A DNA stretch of 64,000 nucleotides from a virus. Under the pieces are notes generated by a model. It ran no database searches. It was not told the origin of the DNA and worked only from the letters and a program-made list of their open reading frames with translations. The DNA lies in IMG/VR virus record IMGVR_UViG_3300028025_003013, positions 9,487 through 73,486 of that record; one strand, given 5' to 3'. Position numbers and translations under genes: made by a program. Below, piece by piece: positions 1 to 9,573 of the stretch; position 1 is the stretch's first letter; every line of letters starts with the position of its first letter.

Positions 1-5
1 TGATT

Positions 6-218
6 ATGAAATTGCGTGTTATTATTAATGGTGTTTCTTTTTATACTACATCCACTGCTATCAAGCAACGTCGTGTAGGTGACTTCTGTTTACAGAACGA
101 TGCCCTTGCGTATGCCTTGGTTTGCATGGGTAATGACTTGGGAATCGGTAAGACTGTTCGCTACTACGATCACAAGATGGTGCAACATACGTTTGATATT
201 CAATTGACAAAGGTTTAA
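6..218 (+). CDS. hypothetical protein
   Basis: 70-aa ORF in a tightly packed + strand run. Confidence 0.7.
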   Translation: MKLRVIINGVSFYTTSTAIKQRRVGDFCLQNDALAYALVCMGNDLGIGKTVRYYDHKMVQHTFDIQLTKV

Positions 219-220
219 TC

Positions 221-403
221 ATGAGTAAAATGGCTGAGTTAGATATGGAAATTCGCGAAGCATTGGACAACCACACTGGTCCAAAATCATACCTGTCATG
301 CGTTGACATTGCGAAGATGCTCGGTGTTCCCGTTGAGATGGTTCATCAGATCGTTGAAGAACGATGGGACGAAACACTTAAATCAAATGGGGTGACAGCA
401 TGA
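221..403 (+). CDS. hypothetical protein (possible small HTH)
   Basis: 60 aa; 'DIAKMLGVPVEMV' is HTH-like; stop overlaps the next start (ATGA). Confidence 0.7.
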   Translation: MSKMAELDMEIREALDNHTGPKSYLSCVDIAKMLGVPVEMVHQIVEERWDETLKSNGVTA

Positions 404-582
404 TAGTGGTCCAGGAAACTACTAAGTGGGATTCTTCCAGTGCAGCAAACCATATATACGTACTCAGTGATGACAAGCGATCTATGATTGCCTATATCAA
501 AGCTGGTACAAAAGAGGTAAAGAAATTTAGTAAACCACTTCCATTCTACGTGAAGGGAAGAACATTTAGGAAGATCAAATGA
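400..582 (+). CDS. hypothetical protein
   Basis: 60 aa; ATGA coupling on both sides. Confidence 0.75.
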   Translation: MIVVQETTKWDSSSAANHIYVLSDDKRSMIAYIKAGTKEVKKFSKPLPFYVKGRTFRKIK

Positions 583-1904
583 ATATAAATGCATTCTTTA
601 ACGATCTGGCATCGAACAATTCTCGTATCTATAAGACCGAGCAATTACGTAAGCATGCTGGTGACGAGACACTGCGTGAGGTAGTGCGTCTGGCACTTGA
701 TCCATTTACGCAATTCTATCAGCGGAAGATCCCTGAATATGAATTCGTTGGGGCTGACTCTGAACACCAAACATCTTTAGAGATGGCGATCGCAAACCTT
801 TACTACTTGTCCAGTCGTGAAGTTACTGGCAATGCAGCGATTGCACATCTACGTGCTATCCTTTCTGGTCTTGAGCCAGATGACGCAAAGGTGATTGAAC
901 GAATCATCGACAAGAGTTTGGACTGTGGTGTTCAGGTATCCACTGCCAATGATGTTTGGCCAGGATTGATTAAAGAATATCCCTGCATGCTTTGTTCTCC
1001 CTTTGAACAGAAGTTGGTTGACAAAATCAAATTCCCTGCGTATGCGCAGATGAAGATGGATGGTATGCGCTTCAACGCTATCGTGCGGGAAGGTAAGGTA
1101 GAATTCCGTAGTCGTAATGGCAAACAGATTCTTCTGCTTGGTCATCTCGAGAAAGAGTTTGCCGCACTGGCTGGTGATGTTGATTGCGTGTTTGATGGTG
1201 AGTTAATGGTAATGTTCAAAGAAGATTATCAATTCGCAGATCGTCAGACTGGCAATGGTATTTTGAACAAGGCAAACAAGGGTACGATATCTGAAGCAGA
1301 AGCATCGTTGGTTCATGCATCAGTATGGGATGTTATTCCATACCTGTACTTTACCGATGGTAACTGCCCTGTTCCATATTCCAAACGATTCAGTTCGCTG
1401 ACTGATTTGGTTAATAGTCAAACGACCACTATCGTCACTGGCAAAAGAATTCACTTGGTTGCCACCGAGATCGTTGAGACATACGAGAAGGCACAGGAGA
1501 TCTTTAATGAGTATCTCTCGCTGGGCTACGAAGGTATCATCCTCAAAGATGGTTCTGGCGAATGGGAAGACAAACGTGCAAAGCATCAGATCAAATTCAA
1601 AGGTGAGTTAGAATGCGATCTGAAGATTGTTGCTGTTGAAGAAGGTACTGGCAAGTATGCTGGTCTGCTTGGTGCCATCGTTTGCGAGTCTGCCGATGGT
1701 GTTGTGAAGGTAAACGTGGGAAGTGGATTCAACGACGCACATCGTAAGAATCTCAAAGAGAAAGACCTTGTGGGTAAGATTGTTGCTGTGAAGTATAATG
1801 CTCGCATTAAGAATAAGCAGGGCGAAGAAAGTTTGTTTCTTCCAATCTTCGTTGAAGTGCGTGATGACAAAGATGAAGCTGATTCATCAAAGGATATAAA
1901 ATGA
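579..1904 (+). CDS. gp30: ATP-dependent DNA ligase (T4 gp30-like)
   Basis: KMDGMR adenylation motif, FDGEL, EGIILK and C-terminal OB fold (VGSGF, LFLPIF). Confidence 0.96.
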   Translation: MNINAFFNDLASNNSRIYKTEQLRKHAGDETLREVVRLALDPFTQFYQRKIPEYEFVGADSEHQTSLEMAIANLYYLSSREVTGNAAIAHLRAILSGLEPDDAKVIERIIDKSLDCGVQVSTANDVWPGLIKEYPCMLCSPFEQKLVDKIKFPAYAQMKMDGMRFNAIVREGKVEFRSRNGKQILLLGHLEKEFAALAGDVDCVFDGELMVMFKEDYQFADRQTGNGILNKANKGTISEAEASLVHASVWDVIPYLYFTDGNCPVPYSKRFSSLTDLVNSQTTTIVTGKRIHLVATEIVETYEKAQEIFNEYLSLGYEGIILKDGSGEWEDKRAKHQIKFKGELECDLKIVAVEEGTGKYAGLLGAIVCESADGVVKVNVGSGFNDAHRKNLKEKDLVGKIVAVKYNARIKNKQGEESLFLPIFVEVRDDKDEADSSKDIK

Positions 1905-2116
1905 ACGAACAAATTGAAATACTTTTTAAACAGGCTGGTGGATATTTCGAAATGGATGTGGAGGGAAACCTATTCACATACACACAGGACTTTGATCCTG
2001 AGTATTTTGCTCTACTGATTATTAAAGAATCCGCTAGTGTTGCAGACAAGCATGTACGCCATGGCGATATTGATGTTGCTAGAATTATCAAACGACATTT
2101 TGGAGTTGAAGAATGA
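1901..2116 (+). CDS. hypothetical protein
   Basis: 71 aa, coupled; resembles the next ORF (FAxxIIxE). Confidence 0.75.
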   Translation: MNEQIEILFKQAGGYFEMDVEGNLFTYTQDFDPEYFALLIIKESASVADKHVRHGDIDVARIIKRHFGVEE

Positions 2117-2316
2117 GTGAACGAATTAGAGAACTATCCAAAGAGGCATATGAAGCCACGATTAGAAATACTCCGAGTATGCTAGTCACCAGAGAGGATT
2201 TTGAGCATAACTTTGCCATGGCAATTATCAATGAGTGTCTTTCTATCTGCGAAGAACTCGGAGCAGACTTTGATTGTCACTATGCAGCAGATGCAATCTC
2301 GAGGAAATTCACATGA
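2113..2316 (+). CDS. hypothetical protein
   Basis: 67 aa, coupled; similar to 1901-2116. Confidence 0.75.
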   Translation: MSERIRELSKEAYEATIRNTPSMLVTREDFEHNFAMAIINECLSICEELGADFDCHYAADAISRKFT

Positions 2317-2654
2317 GTCTAGATGTTGACCTAATGGTTACGCAACCATGCTCTGTTTACAGTTCTAACATTACCCATAATCTCGGTAAGATGGCTGGCG
2401 AGGTTAAACTGAGTAATGGTAAAACTTTATACGATGTGCTTTGGCGTCCCGAGGAACATGGGTTCTACTATGCCAAAGAGATCTCAGAGTTGCTTGACGA
2501 AGGTTGGAACATACTGCTGGCAGATCCAACGCATTTTATGCAATGGGATCCATCGAATCATTGGGGTAGCTACGAAGGGCTATGCAACTTTGTTTACAAT
2601 TATCGTAATGCATGCTGGGACAATCCAGATGCAGAGATAAGTGCCTCGAGGTAG
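2313..2654 (+). CDS. hypothetical protein
   Basis: Start moved to the ATG overlapping the upstream stop (MSLDVDL...). Confidence 0.75.
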   Translation: MSLDVDLMVTQPCSVYSSNITHNLGKMAGEVKLSNGKTLYDVLWRPEEHGFYYAKEISELLDEGWNILLADPTHFMQWDPSNHWGSYEGLCNFVYNYRNACWDNPDAEISASR

Positions 2655-2666
2655 TTTGGAACTGAC

Positions 2667-2695
2667 TTTACGGAAATTCTTTTTTGGAGTATAAT
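2667..2695 (+). promoter_or_regulatory. sigma70-type early promoter (leaderless)
   Basis: TTTACG-17-TATAAT; ATG at 2702 falls on the expected +1. Confidence 0.75.
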
Positions 2696-2701
2696 TGAGG
2701 T

Positions 2702-2845
2702 ATGAAGATAAAACTTAAAACCAAGAAACCACGCAACCCAGTTGCGAAGGACTTGCGCACTCCAAAATATCGGATGCGAGTTGTCCTCTCCAAGAAAAAA
2801 GAAATCCCTGTGTTTGACTTTAAGAAAGAGATTGATTATGCATGA
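2702..2845 (+). CDS. small basic protein, weakly ArfA-like
   Basis: Not in the ORF track; MKIKLKTKKPRNPVAKDLRTPKYRMRVVLSKKKEIPVFDFKKEIDYA. Confidence 0.65.
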   Translation: MKIKLKTKKPRNPVAKDLRTPKYRMRVVLSKKKEIPVFDFKKEIDYA

Positions 2846-2993
2846 CATTGATGAAATTCGTTTAGCACGTGCGTTGGGTAGAGTCATCGAAGAAGAAATC
2901 CGTAAAGGCAACAAGTTGCCAGATGAAGTCTTGCGAGCGTATGAGGAATTGTATAGACATTGGCAGTATCAAATGGATCGAGAATTGTCATGA
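2838..2993 (+). CDS. hypothetical protein
   Basis: MHDIDEIRLAR...; start shortened relative to the ORF track. Confidence 0.7.
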   Translation: MHDIDEIRLARALGRVIEEEIRKGNKLPDEVLRAYEELYRHWQYQMDRELS

Positions 2994-3523
2994 GAAAAGA
3001 ACTAGACGAAGCACTCGTTGCAAAGTATCCGTTGATCTTTAGAGATCGCAATGGAGACATGCGCACAACTTTAATGTGCTGGGGTTTTGAATGTGGCGAT
3101 GGTTGGTATAACATCATCGATGTTCTTTGTGGAAAACTTTCCAGCGAATACATTTCTGCGAAGAGTCGCTATGACTTTATCAAAGATAGGGTTGGTGAGA
3201 AAGTGTATGGTGGCTCTGGTGATGTTATCACACAGGGTGAGATTGATCAACGCAAACTGGTCATGGAAGAAGAAGCAAGCAAGGTTCCAGTTGCTGTTCA
3301 GATTAAAGAGAAGTTCGGTGGACTACGATTCTATGTTCAGGCTGCAACCGATAAACATTATCAGTATATTAGTTTTGCCGAGAGTATGAGTTATCGTACC
3401 TGTGAACAATGTGGTGCTCCAGGCAAACGCTACACTGATGGTTGGCATAAAGTGCTTTGCGATATCCATGCAGCTATGGATGGTCGTGAAGAACAATACG
3501 AATCTGATGAGGGGGATGAATAA
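2990..3523 (+). CDS. hypothetical phage protein (QIKEKFGGLRFY / CxxCG family)
   Basis: Recognisable phage motif with Zn-ribbon-like CEQCG...LCDIH. Confidence 0.8.
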   Translation: MRKELDEALVAKYPLIFRDRNGDMRTTLMCWGFECGDGWYNIIDVLCGKLSSEYISAKSRYDFIKDRVGEKVYGGSGDVITQGEIDQRKLVMEEEASKVPVAVQIKEKFGGLRFYVQAATDKHYQYISFAESMSYRTCEQCGAPGKRYTDGWHKVLCDIHAAMDGREEQYESDEGDE

Positions 3524-3882
3524 TGTTTTACGGTAAAGAATCAATCACAGAAACACTGGCGTTGATCCGCAGTAAGACTGACGGAGTTATTCATATTCCA
3601 ATGTCAGAATACAAGTTGAGTGAACGATGGACTGATGAGTTCCGTATTCGTGATGGCCATATCAAACTCGAAGATGGCACATGGGTTACGGAAGTTGATG
3701 TTGGAGATTATCTAAACAAACTGGAAACCGATATCTTGGATTTGTATACCAGCTATCAAACTGGTCTAAATGAGATTCGTTTGCTGAAACAACAAAGGTA
3801 CGAGATGGAATATGGTTTGCGTGTTGCAGAGAAGGCATTGAAGAAATCTCTTGCAATGACGAAAGAACTTATCCAAGATTGA
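3523..3882 (+). CDS. hypothetical protein
   Basis: 119 aa; TAATG coupling. Confidence 0.75.
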   Translation: MFYGKESITETLALIRSKTDGVIHIPMSEYKLSERWTDEFRIRDGHIKLEDGTWVTEVDVGDYLNKLETDILDLYTSYQTGLNEIRLLKQQRYEMEYGLRVAEKALKKSLAMTKELIQD

Positions 3883-3907
3883 CTTTAAATCAATCTAATG
3901 GTATACT
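3879..3907 (+). promoter_or_regulatory. sigma70-type promoter
   Basis: TTGACT-17-TATACT. Confidence 0.75.
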
Positions 3908-3939
3908 TGTGATTGATCTAACTAACTTAAGAGATAACG

Positions 3940-4377
3940 ATGACTCAGATTGCAGCTTTGCTAAGACCTCGTATGATATCCAGCGAAGTTACTACAACTA
4001 AGAAAGAAGTACGTATGGTAAAAATTGCTATAAACAGATGCTTTGGTGGCTTTGGTTTATCCGACCCAGCATTTGAAAGATTGCTTGCTCGCAAGGGTAT
4101 TGCATTCGAGAAAGTTAAAGGTGAATCCGCATTCTTGGGTGACAGCTACTACAAAGCTGGTCATGTAGGCGATGATGATCATTACCTGAGTGAACACACA
4201 TTCTGCGAGGATCGTACAGATCCTGATTTGATTGCAGTCATCGAAGAGATGGGTAAAGAAGCAGAAGGTTGGGCAGCAGACATTGCAATCGTTGAAGTAC
4301 CTGCTGGCGTTAAATGGCACATCCATGAGTATGATGGATTAGAGCATGTGGCTGAAGACCACAGAACATGGAGTTAA
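3940..4377 (+). CDS. hypothetical phage protein
   Basis: INRCFGGFGLS...R.DPDLI.V.EE...I.EYDG.E, a common phage family. Confidence 0.8.
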   Translation: MTQIAALLRPRMISSEVTTTKKEVRMVKIAINRCFGGFGLSDPAFERLLARKGIAFEKVKGESAFLGDSYYKAGHVGDDDHYLSEHTFCEDRTDPDLIAVIEEMGKEAEGWAADIAIVEVPAGVKWHIHEYDGLEHVAEDHRTWS

Positions 4378-4378
4378 T

Positions 4379-4603
4379 ATGAAGACACTTGAAATTGGGT
4401 TCAGTGAAGATTATGAGGTACGTTTCAGCTGTGAAGAAATTCCACAGCCACCAGGAATGTATCACCTGCAGATTGTTTCAACATCTATTTGGAAAGAGCA
4501 AAAGATTGATAACAAGAAAGACTTCTTCCTAGAGAAGAAACAACTTATGATGATTTGTGATTATTTTAATGGAGTGAAAAATGAACTTAACGAGCAACAA
4601 TAA
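4379..4603 (+). CDS. hypothetical protein
   Basis: MKTLEIG... with GGAG Shine-Dalgarno. Confidence 0.65.
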   Translation: MKTLEIGFSEDYEVRFSCEEIPQPPGMYHLQIVSTSIWKEQKIDNKKDFFLEKKQLMMICDYFNGVKNELNEQQ

Positions 4604-4910
4604 TATGGATTTTATTGCCTTAGCGAAAGCGTCTGGCACAAACTTGGAAGAACTGATTACATCAGATGAGTTTGTAGATTGGTTTAAAGAGTATCTCTCT
4701 GAGAAAGAAATCAATGTAACCTTTACCAAGAAAGATGGAACAAGTCGCAACATGCATTGCACTCGTGACTTCAGTAAGATCCCTGCGGATATGATTCCCA
4801 CTGGTACTGGTGTCAAGACAACTGGCGATGCTGTTCAGGTATTCGATTTGACTATCAACGAATGGCGTTCTTTTAAAACTTCAACCCTAACACATATTGA
4901 GTGGCTATGA
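4581..4910 (+). CDS. SH3/WYL_2-like (DUF2693-like) protein
   Basis: VTFTKKDGT.R.M.CT...VFDL...EWRSF motif. Confidence 0.75.
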   Translation: MNLTSNNNMDFIALAKASGTNLEELITSDEFVDWFKEYLSEKEINVTFTKKDGTSRNMHCTRDFSKIPADMIPTGTGVKTTGDAVQVFDLTINEWRSFKTSTLTHIEWL

Positions 4911-5173
4911 CACAATCTATTTCATCTCCTGTTGATCGTGACAAGATCAAAAAAATGCTGGCAGAAATTTCTGGTAGCATGACACGTATCGAAGCCGAGC
5001 GTGATTACATTAAAGAATCCGTGAAGGAAATGTCAGCTGAGTTTCAGCTGTCCAAGAAAACATTGAACAAGATGGCTCGTGTATATCACAGACAGAACTT
5101 CAATGAAGAAGTTGCCTCGCATGAAGAATTCGAGGATCTCTATGAAACAATCGTACAAGGAAACAAAGAATGA
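4907..5173 (+). CDS. dsbA: dsDNA-binding protein, T4 DsbA-like
   Basis: Size and 'K..LNKMARVYH.QNF..E...EFE.LY' pattern; lies near rnh as in T4. Confidence 0.75.
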   Translation: MTQSISSPVDRDKIKKMLAEISGSMTRIEAERDYIKESVKEMSAEFQLSKKTLNKMARVYHRQNFNEEVASHEEFEDLYETIVQGNKE

Positions 5174-5364
5174 AAACATTCGCAATCATCGGTGTAGTAG
5201 CATTGGTTATTTTCTTTCTAATCTTTGGACCACTGCTAACAATATGGGCACTGAACACTTTGTTCCCAGCACTTGCAATCGCTTACACATGGCAAACATG
5301 GGCTGCAATCGTCCTTCTTGGAATGTGGTTTCGTGGACTCGTGGACTTTAGGAAGTCTAAGTAA
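5170..5364 (+). CDS. small membrane protein
   Basis: Two hydrophobic segments. Confidence 0.75.
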   Translation: MKTFAIIGVVALVIFFLIFGPLLTIWALNTLFPALAIAYTWQTWAAIVLLGMWFRGLVDFRKSK

Positions 5365-5417
5365 CCCTACAGGGTTGAGGGTTATCACTTGACTTTAATT
5401 AGGTTCTCATGTATAAT
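5362..5417 (+). promoter_or_regulatory. stem-loop plus sigma70 promoter cassette
   Basis: TAACCCT-N9-AGGGTTA followed by TTGACT-17-TATAAT. Confidence 0.8.
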
Positions 5418-5440
5418 TATATTATAAACTGGAGCGATAC

Positions 5441-6547
5441 ATGTCGAATACTATAAAACGTAAACAATTAGCCGAACGATTGTTGGGTGCAAATGAGCCA
5501 AAGTTAACTGAGGGCGATCGTTACACATCGTCTCTCATTATCGCATTGAATCATTACAACTCAGAAAACGATGACAAGGACAAACAAAAGTGGTTTGTTT
5601 CTTATGTAGCGCAGACTGACAAGAAATTGGCAGTGGCGTTATTGAAGTTGGATCCTCATCTGTTTAGACATGCTGGTATCATCGCACGTTTGGTCATGCG
5701 TGAACAACCAGTTGCCGAAAAGGAATTGTCATTCCTACAAGAACGAACAGCTGTGCTTACTGAATTGACACAGAAGCCAGAGCCAGTTAAGGTTGTTGTT
5801 AAAGACGACAAGCCAGTGGCACCAGTGATCTCATTGCAAGATCGTATTGAAGCAAAAGCACGTGAGTTGGCTGGTGACTTTGATGGTGCAATTGATGACT
5901 TTGTTCTTGATGACAAGTCATTCGATGCCAAAGATCTCATGAAGCGATTGAATGCTTCAGGACCAGTGGCTAAGATTATAGGTTCATTCTACGTCAATAC
6001 AGTTGAAGAACTAAACGAAGCCATCGAAGGCAAAGATCCTCAGTTGGTTGAAGGTTATTCAAACTTCAAGAAAGCCAAGCTGAAGAAACTTGCAGCATTG
6101 TATCAGTCAATCATTGATGCAGCAGGTGCGCAGGTTCAGGTAGCCAAAGCGACTCGCAAGCCACGTCAACGCAAAGAGAAGCCAGCTGGCGTTATCGTTG
6201 CCAAGATGAAGTACAAGAAGGAAGATACCGAATACGCTATCAAGTCTGTGCCAGCTTCTGGTATCGTCAATGCTCAGGAACTGTGGGTGTTCAATTCCAA
6301 GTATCGCAAACTGCAGGTATATCGTGCAATTGATCCAAAGGGTTTGTCTGTTAAAGGTACAAGCATCGTTGGTTACGATCCCGATAACTCTGGCTCCAAG
6401 ACAATGCGTAAACCAGAGCAGGTAAGCGTATATGCAACGCTGACCAAGCGACCACTGAATCAGGCATTCAAAGGGTTGACCACGCAAGAGCAAAAGGTCA
6501 ATGGTCGTATCAATGAAGAATGTATTCTATTGAAAGTGTTCCAATGA
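5441..6547 (+). CDS. conserved hypothetical protein of T4-like phages
   Basis: 368-aa ORF with GGAG SD, downstream of a strong promoter. Confidence 0.85.
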   Translation: MSNTIKRKQLAERLLGANEPKLTEGDRYTSSLIIALNHYNSENDDKDKQKWFVSYVAQTDKKLAVALLKLDPHLFRHAGIIARLVMREQPVAEKELSFLQERTAVLTELTQKPEPVKVVVKDDKPVAPVISLQDRIEAKARELAGDFDGAIDDFVLDDKSFDAKDLMKRLNASGPVAKIIGSFYVNTVEELNEAIEGKDPQLVEGYSNFKKAKLKKLAALYQSIIDAAGAQVQVAKATRKPRQRKEKPAGVIVAKMKYKKEDTEYAIKSVPASGIVNAQELWVFNSKYRKLQVYRAIDPKGLSVKGTSIVGYDPDNSGSKTMRKPEQVSVYATLTKRPLNQAFKGLTTQEQKVNGRINEECILLKVFQ

Positions 6548-6720
6548 AAACAGTACAGCAACTAGAAACTGAAGCCATCCTAGCATTGGGTGAGTCTCAT
6601 AACCATCAGCGTGAAGTAATCTACCGCATGGGAGAAAAACTATCAGAACTGGAACAACAACTTGCCATGGCCAATGACAGGGTTCGTCAACTAGAATCTC
6701 AACTGTATGGTGGCAAATAA
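6544..6720 (+). CDS. hypothetical coiled-coil protein
   Basis: ATGA coupling. Confidence 0.65.
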   Translation: MKTVQQLETEAILALGESHNHQREVIYRMGEKLSELEQQLAMANDRVRQLESQLYGGK

Positions 6721-6890
6721 TGAGAATGATTTGTGACGACCACAACACATCATACTACTGGGTGGATGAAGAAACAGGCAAGCACCTAAGCCCACACTTT
6801 GATTATGAAGCGGATGCTGTGCAGTGGAAGCACAATATTGAAAATAAGATTTATGAACAACTCGAACAGAGATTGAGAGAAACAAAATGA
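6720..6890 (+). CDS. hypothetical protein
   Basis: 56 aa (MRMICDDHNTSYYWVDEETGKHLSPHF...), below the track cutoff; coupled on both sides. Confidence 0.65.
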   Translation: MRMICDDHNTSYYWVDEETGKHLSPHFDYEADAVQWKHNIENKIYEQLEQRLRETK

Positions 6891-7780
6891 TCCTAGTTGA
6901 TTACAGCCAAGTAGCACTGGCAAACTTCCTGTCCTTTAAGGCAGAACTAACACGTGGCTCTGAGGCTGAGATCATTAATCTCATTCGTCATTCTACCCTG
7001 TCTACACTCAAGTACTACAAGAAAAAGTATGGCAATGAGTATGGTGAGATGGTTATCTGTTGCGATGGTCGTAAGTACTGGCGCAGAGAATTCTTTGAAC
7101 ACTACAAAGCTGGTCGCAAGAAAGCACGTGATGCATCAGACCTTAACTGGACTTTGATCTTTGATACCCTGTCTCAGTTACGTAACGACCTCGTTGAGAA
7201 TTTCCCTTACAGGGTTCTTCATCTCGATCGTGCAGAAGCCGATGACATTATCGCTGTGCTTGCAAAGTGGACACAAGAGAATGGTATGGTTCAGCAGGGA
7301 CTGGTTGAAGAGCCACAAAAGGTTCTTGTCTTGTCTTCCGATGGTGACTTCATCCAACTTCAGCAGTACGATAACGTAACGCAGTGGTCACCGATGCAGA
7401 AGAAGTATATCAAAGCCAATATGAAAGAACTTCATGAGAAGAAGATTACTCATATCGTTAAGGCAGGTGATGATGGCATTCCAAACATCCTTTCAGCCGA
7501 TGATGTGTTCGTTAAGGGCGAGCGTCAAAAGCCAGTGAGTGCCAAGCGACTGCAAGAGTTTATTGAGAATGGTTTTATCGCATGTAAGAATGATGACGAA
7601 CGTCGCAACTGGCATCGTAACAGTACGCTGGTAGACTTCAACTTTATCCCAGAGGACATTCAGAACTCCATCGTAGATGCTTATATAAATAGTAAACCTG
7701 TCAAAGATAAGATGAAGATTATGACTTATCTTGCCAACCATCGATGCAAACTTTTATTAGAAGAACTTGAGGACTTTTAA
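6887..7780 (+). CDS. rnh: RNase H / 5'-3' exonuclease (T4 rnh)
   Basis: ILVD, YWRR...YKAGRK, EADDII, SSDGDFIQL and DDGIPN motifs. Confidence 0.95.
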   Translation: MILVDYSQVALANFLSFKAELTRGSEAEIINLIRHSTLSTLKYYKKKYGNEYGEMVICCDGRKYWRREFFEHYKAGRKKARDASDLNWTLIFDTLSQLRNDLVENFPYRVLHLDRAEADDIIAVLAKWTQENGMVQQGLVEEPQKVLVLSSDGDFIQLQQYDNVTQWSPMQKKYIKANMKELHEKKITHIVKAGDDGIPNILSADDVFVKGERQKPVSAKRLQEFIENGFIACKNDDERRNWHRNSTLVDFNFIPEDIQNSIVDAYINSKPVKDKMKIMTYLANHRCKLLLEELEDF

Positions 7781-7781
7781 C

Positions 7782-8204
7782 ATGGCTAGATTTATTCCTG
7801 AGATGCTTACGGAGATCAATGATGATCCCAAGACACTTGAGAAGTGGAAAGACAATGCAGCACTGAAGATATTGTTCAAGCATGCATTTGAGAAAGAACA
7901 TAAGTTTGTGCTACCAGAAGGCGACCCACCATATACGGAAGATGCCGCACCGATTGGTATGTCACCAACAAACTTTACGCAAGAGATGCGTAGGATGTAT
8001 GTGTTCTGTCGTGCAGATCTTCAACCGATCAAACGTGAAGCATTGTTCATTGGATTGCTGGAAAGCATTCATCCAAGTGAAGCAAAGATTTTGTTGGCAG
8101 TAAAGGATCAGAAACTAAATAAGATGTATCCAAAAATTACCGCAAAGCTGGTTGCTGAAGCTGGTATGATTACCTTACCTGTCAAAGAAAAGAAAAATGT
8201 CTAA
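7782..8204 (+). CDS. conserved hypothetical T4-like protein
   Basis: LPEGDPPY...RE.LFI.LLE..HP.EA; TATAAATA late promoter at 7684 upstream. Confidence 0.8.
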   Translation: MARFIPEMLTEINDDPKTLEKWKDNAALKILFKHAFEKEHKFVLPEGDPPYTEDAAPIGMSPTNFTQEMRRMYVFCRADLQPIKREALFIGLLESIHPSEAKILLAVKDQKLNKMYPKITAKLVAEAGMITLPVKEKKNV

Positions 8205-8439
8205 CACAATCATCCAAATTACCAATTCTGAGGGAAAGATCATTTCAGCCGAGTTGCGTAGTGCTGTACCCGAATCGCTACTTGTCTGCATTTACCGTGA
8301 CTTTCATACCGCAAGGCTGGTTTCCGTAGCCATGGAGTGGCAAAAAGCCACGTCATCATGGCGATCTTCTGACGGATTCACCTGTGAATATGAGGTAGCT
8401 TCCCTTCCCAGAGAGGAAGTTTCGGTTCGGATCCCGTAA
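8197..8439 (+). CDS. hypothetical protein
   Basis: 80-aa ORF. Confidence 0.6.
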   Translation: MSNTIIQITNSEGKIISAELRSAVPESLLVCIYRDFHTARLVSVAMEWQKATSSWRSSDGFTCEYEVASLPREEVSVRIP

Positions 8440-8470
8440 GTTGTTGATCTAAAAGGGATTTTCCCCACTA

Positions 8471-8570
8471 AAATAACCCTACCGAGTGTAGGGTTTTTCA
8501 CATTTCGCTTGACGGAAATTCACTTTTCAGGCATAATTACTTTATAGTAATTAGAAAAGGAAATGAAATG
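8471..8570 (+). promoter_or_regulatory. repeated early-promoter cassette (stem-loop, promoter, RBS)
   Basis: AACCCTAC-cgagt-GTAGGGTT, TTGACG-17-CATAAT and AAAGGAAA RBS; near-duplicate parts at 28816-28842 and 29035-29097. Confidence 0.85.
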
Positions 8571-8771
8571 AAACGTAAATTTGTGACTCGTGATATCCGT
8601 ACTATCGTAAACGAATTCACCAAGCGCACCTATGAGCAGTCTGGCACATACGCTTATCCTGCTGGATACTTGGAAAGCATGATTGTTAGTTTGATCGCTG
8701 ACGCACCTCGCCACAAGCAGGTTGAATGCTTGGCTTCTTTGCAATGTGCTAACTACTCTTTAGGAAAATAA
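8568..8771 (+). CDS. hypothetical early protein
   Basis: First ORF after the promoter cassette. Confidence 0.75.
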   Translation: MKRKFVTRDIRTIVNEFTKRTYEQSGTYAYPAGYLESMIVSLIADAPRHKQVECLASLQCANYSLGK

Positions 8772-8773
8772 TC

Positions 8774-8938
8774 ATGCGTGGAACACTTCGTACTTTGTTA
8801 GGTTTCTTTATCGTGTTTGGTGCAGTTGGTGGTATCGATAATGCCACTGACTCAGAATTATTCTTGATTGCTGGCATTACTGCCATTGGTATGTTGTTAA
8901 TGTTGTCTGGCGTCAAAGCCATGAAGGAGATCTCATGA
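8774..8938 (+). CDS. small membrane protein
   Basis: 54 aa, MRGTLRTLLGFFIVFGAVGG...; two TM-like segments. Confidence 0.7.
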   Translation: MRGTLRTLLGFFIVFGAVGGIDNATDSELFLIAGITAIGMLLMLSGVKAMKEIS

Positions 8939-9126
8939 ACGTATACGAAGGTGTTGACATGGCAGAAGTCAATCGTGACTTGGAAGACATCGCCAACAAA
9001 GAACGTGAGGCGATGACCGAAGCTGAATTCGAAGCCATGATGGATGCGATGGAAGCTGACTATCTCGCAAAGCAGTACGAAGCCGAATCGTATGATTTAG
9101 ATGCAACTTATTATGGAGTGAAGTAA
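8935..9126 (+). CDS. hypothetical acidic protein
   Basis: AGGAG SD; coupled. Confidence 0.75.
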   Translation: MNVYEGVDMAEVNRDLEDIANKEREAMTEAEFEAMMDAMEADYLAKQYEAESYDLDATYYGVK

Positions 9127-9278
9127 TGAACAAAGAATTAAAAGCACTGGTGATTAAAGCAGGTGCACCACCACCATTGCTTGACGAAATTTGGTTTAAC
9201 ATCTTCTGCCAGCAATTTGCAGATGTGTTGTTGACTCAGGTTGAACAGGATGTTATGGAGAAAGAAATTAATGAATAA
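9126..9278 (+). CDS. hypothetical protein
   Basis: 50 aa, MNKELKALVIKAGAP...; TAATG coupling. Confidence 0.6.
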   Translation: MNKELKALVIKAGAPPPLLDEIWFNIFCQQFADVLLTQVEQDVMEKEINE

Positions 9279-9573
9279 ATTTGCAGCAATGAAACAAAAG
9301 AATGCGATTGACAGTGAGATTCTGTTAATCACGCAGGAAGAATGTGCCGAAGTAAGCCAAGCGATTAGCAAGGTTTTTAGGTTTGGTATGGATGATGAAT
9401 ACAAAGGCATTACTAATCGTGAACATCTCGAAGAAGAGATCGGTGACCTGATGTGTATGATTGATCTGTTGATTGAGAATGGTATCGTTAGCGAGTCGGC
9501 AGTAATGACTGCAAAGAACGAAAAGATGAACAAGCTGATGACATGGTCTGGCATTTTTAAGGAGCAGGTATGA
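9271..9573 (+). CDS. MazG-like NTP pyrophosphohydrolase
   Basis: QEECAEV..AISK..RFG...LEEEIGDL motif. Confidence 0.85.
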   Translation: MNKFAAMKQKNAIDSEILLITQEECAEVSQAISKVFRFGMDDEYKGITNREHLEEEIGDLMCMIDLLIENGIVSESAVMTAKNEKMNKLMTWSGIFKEQV

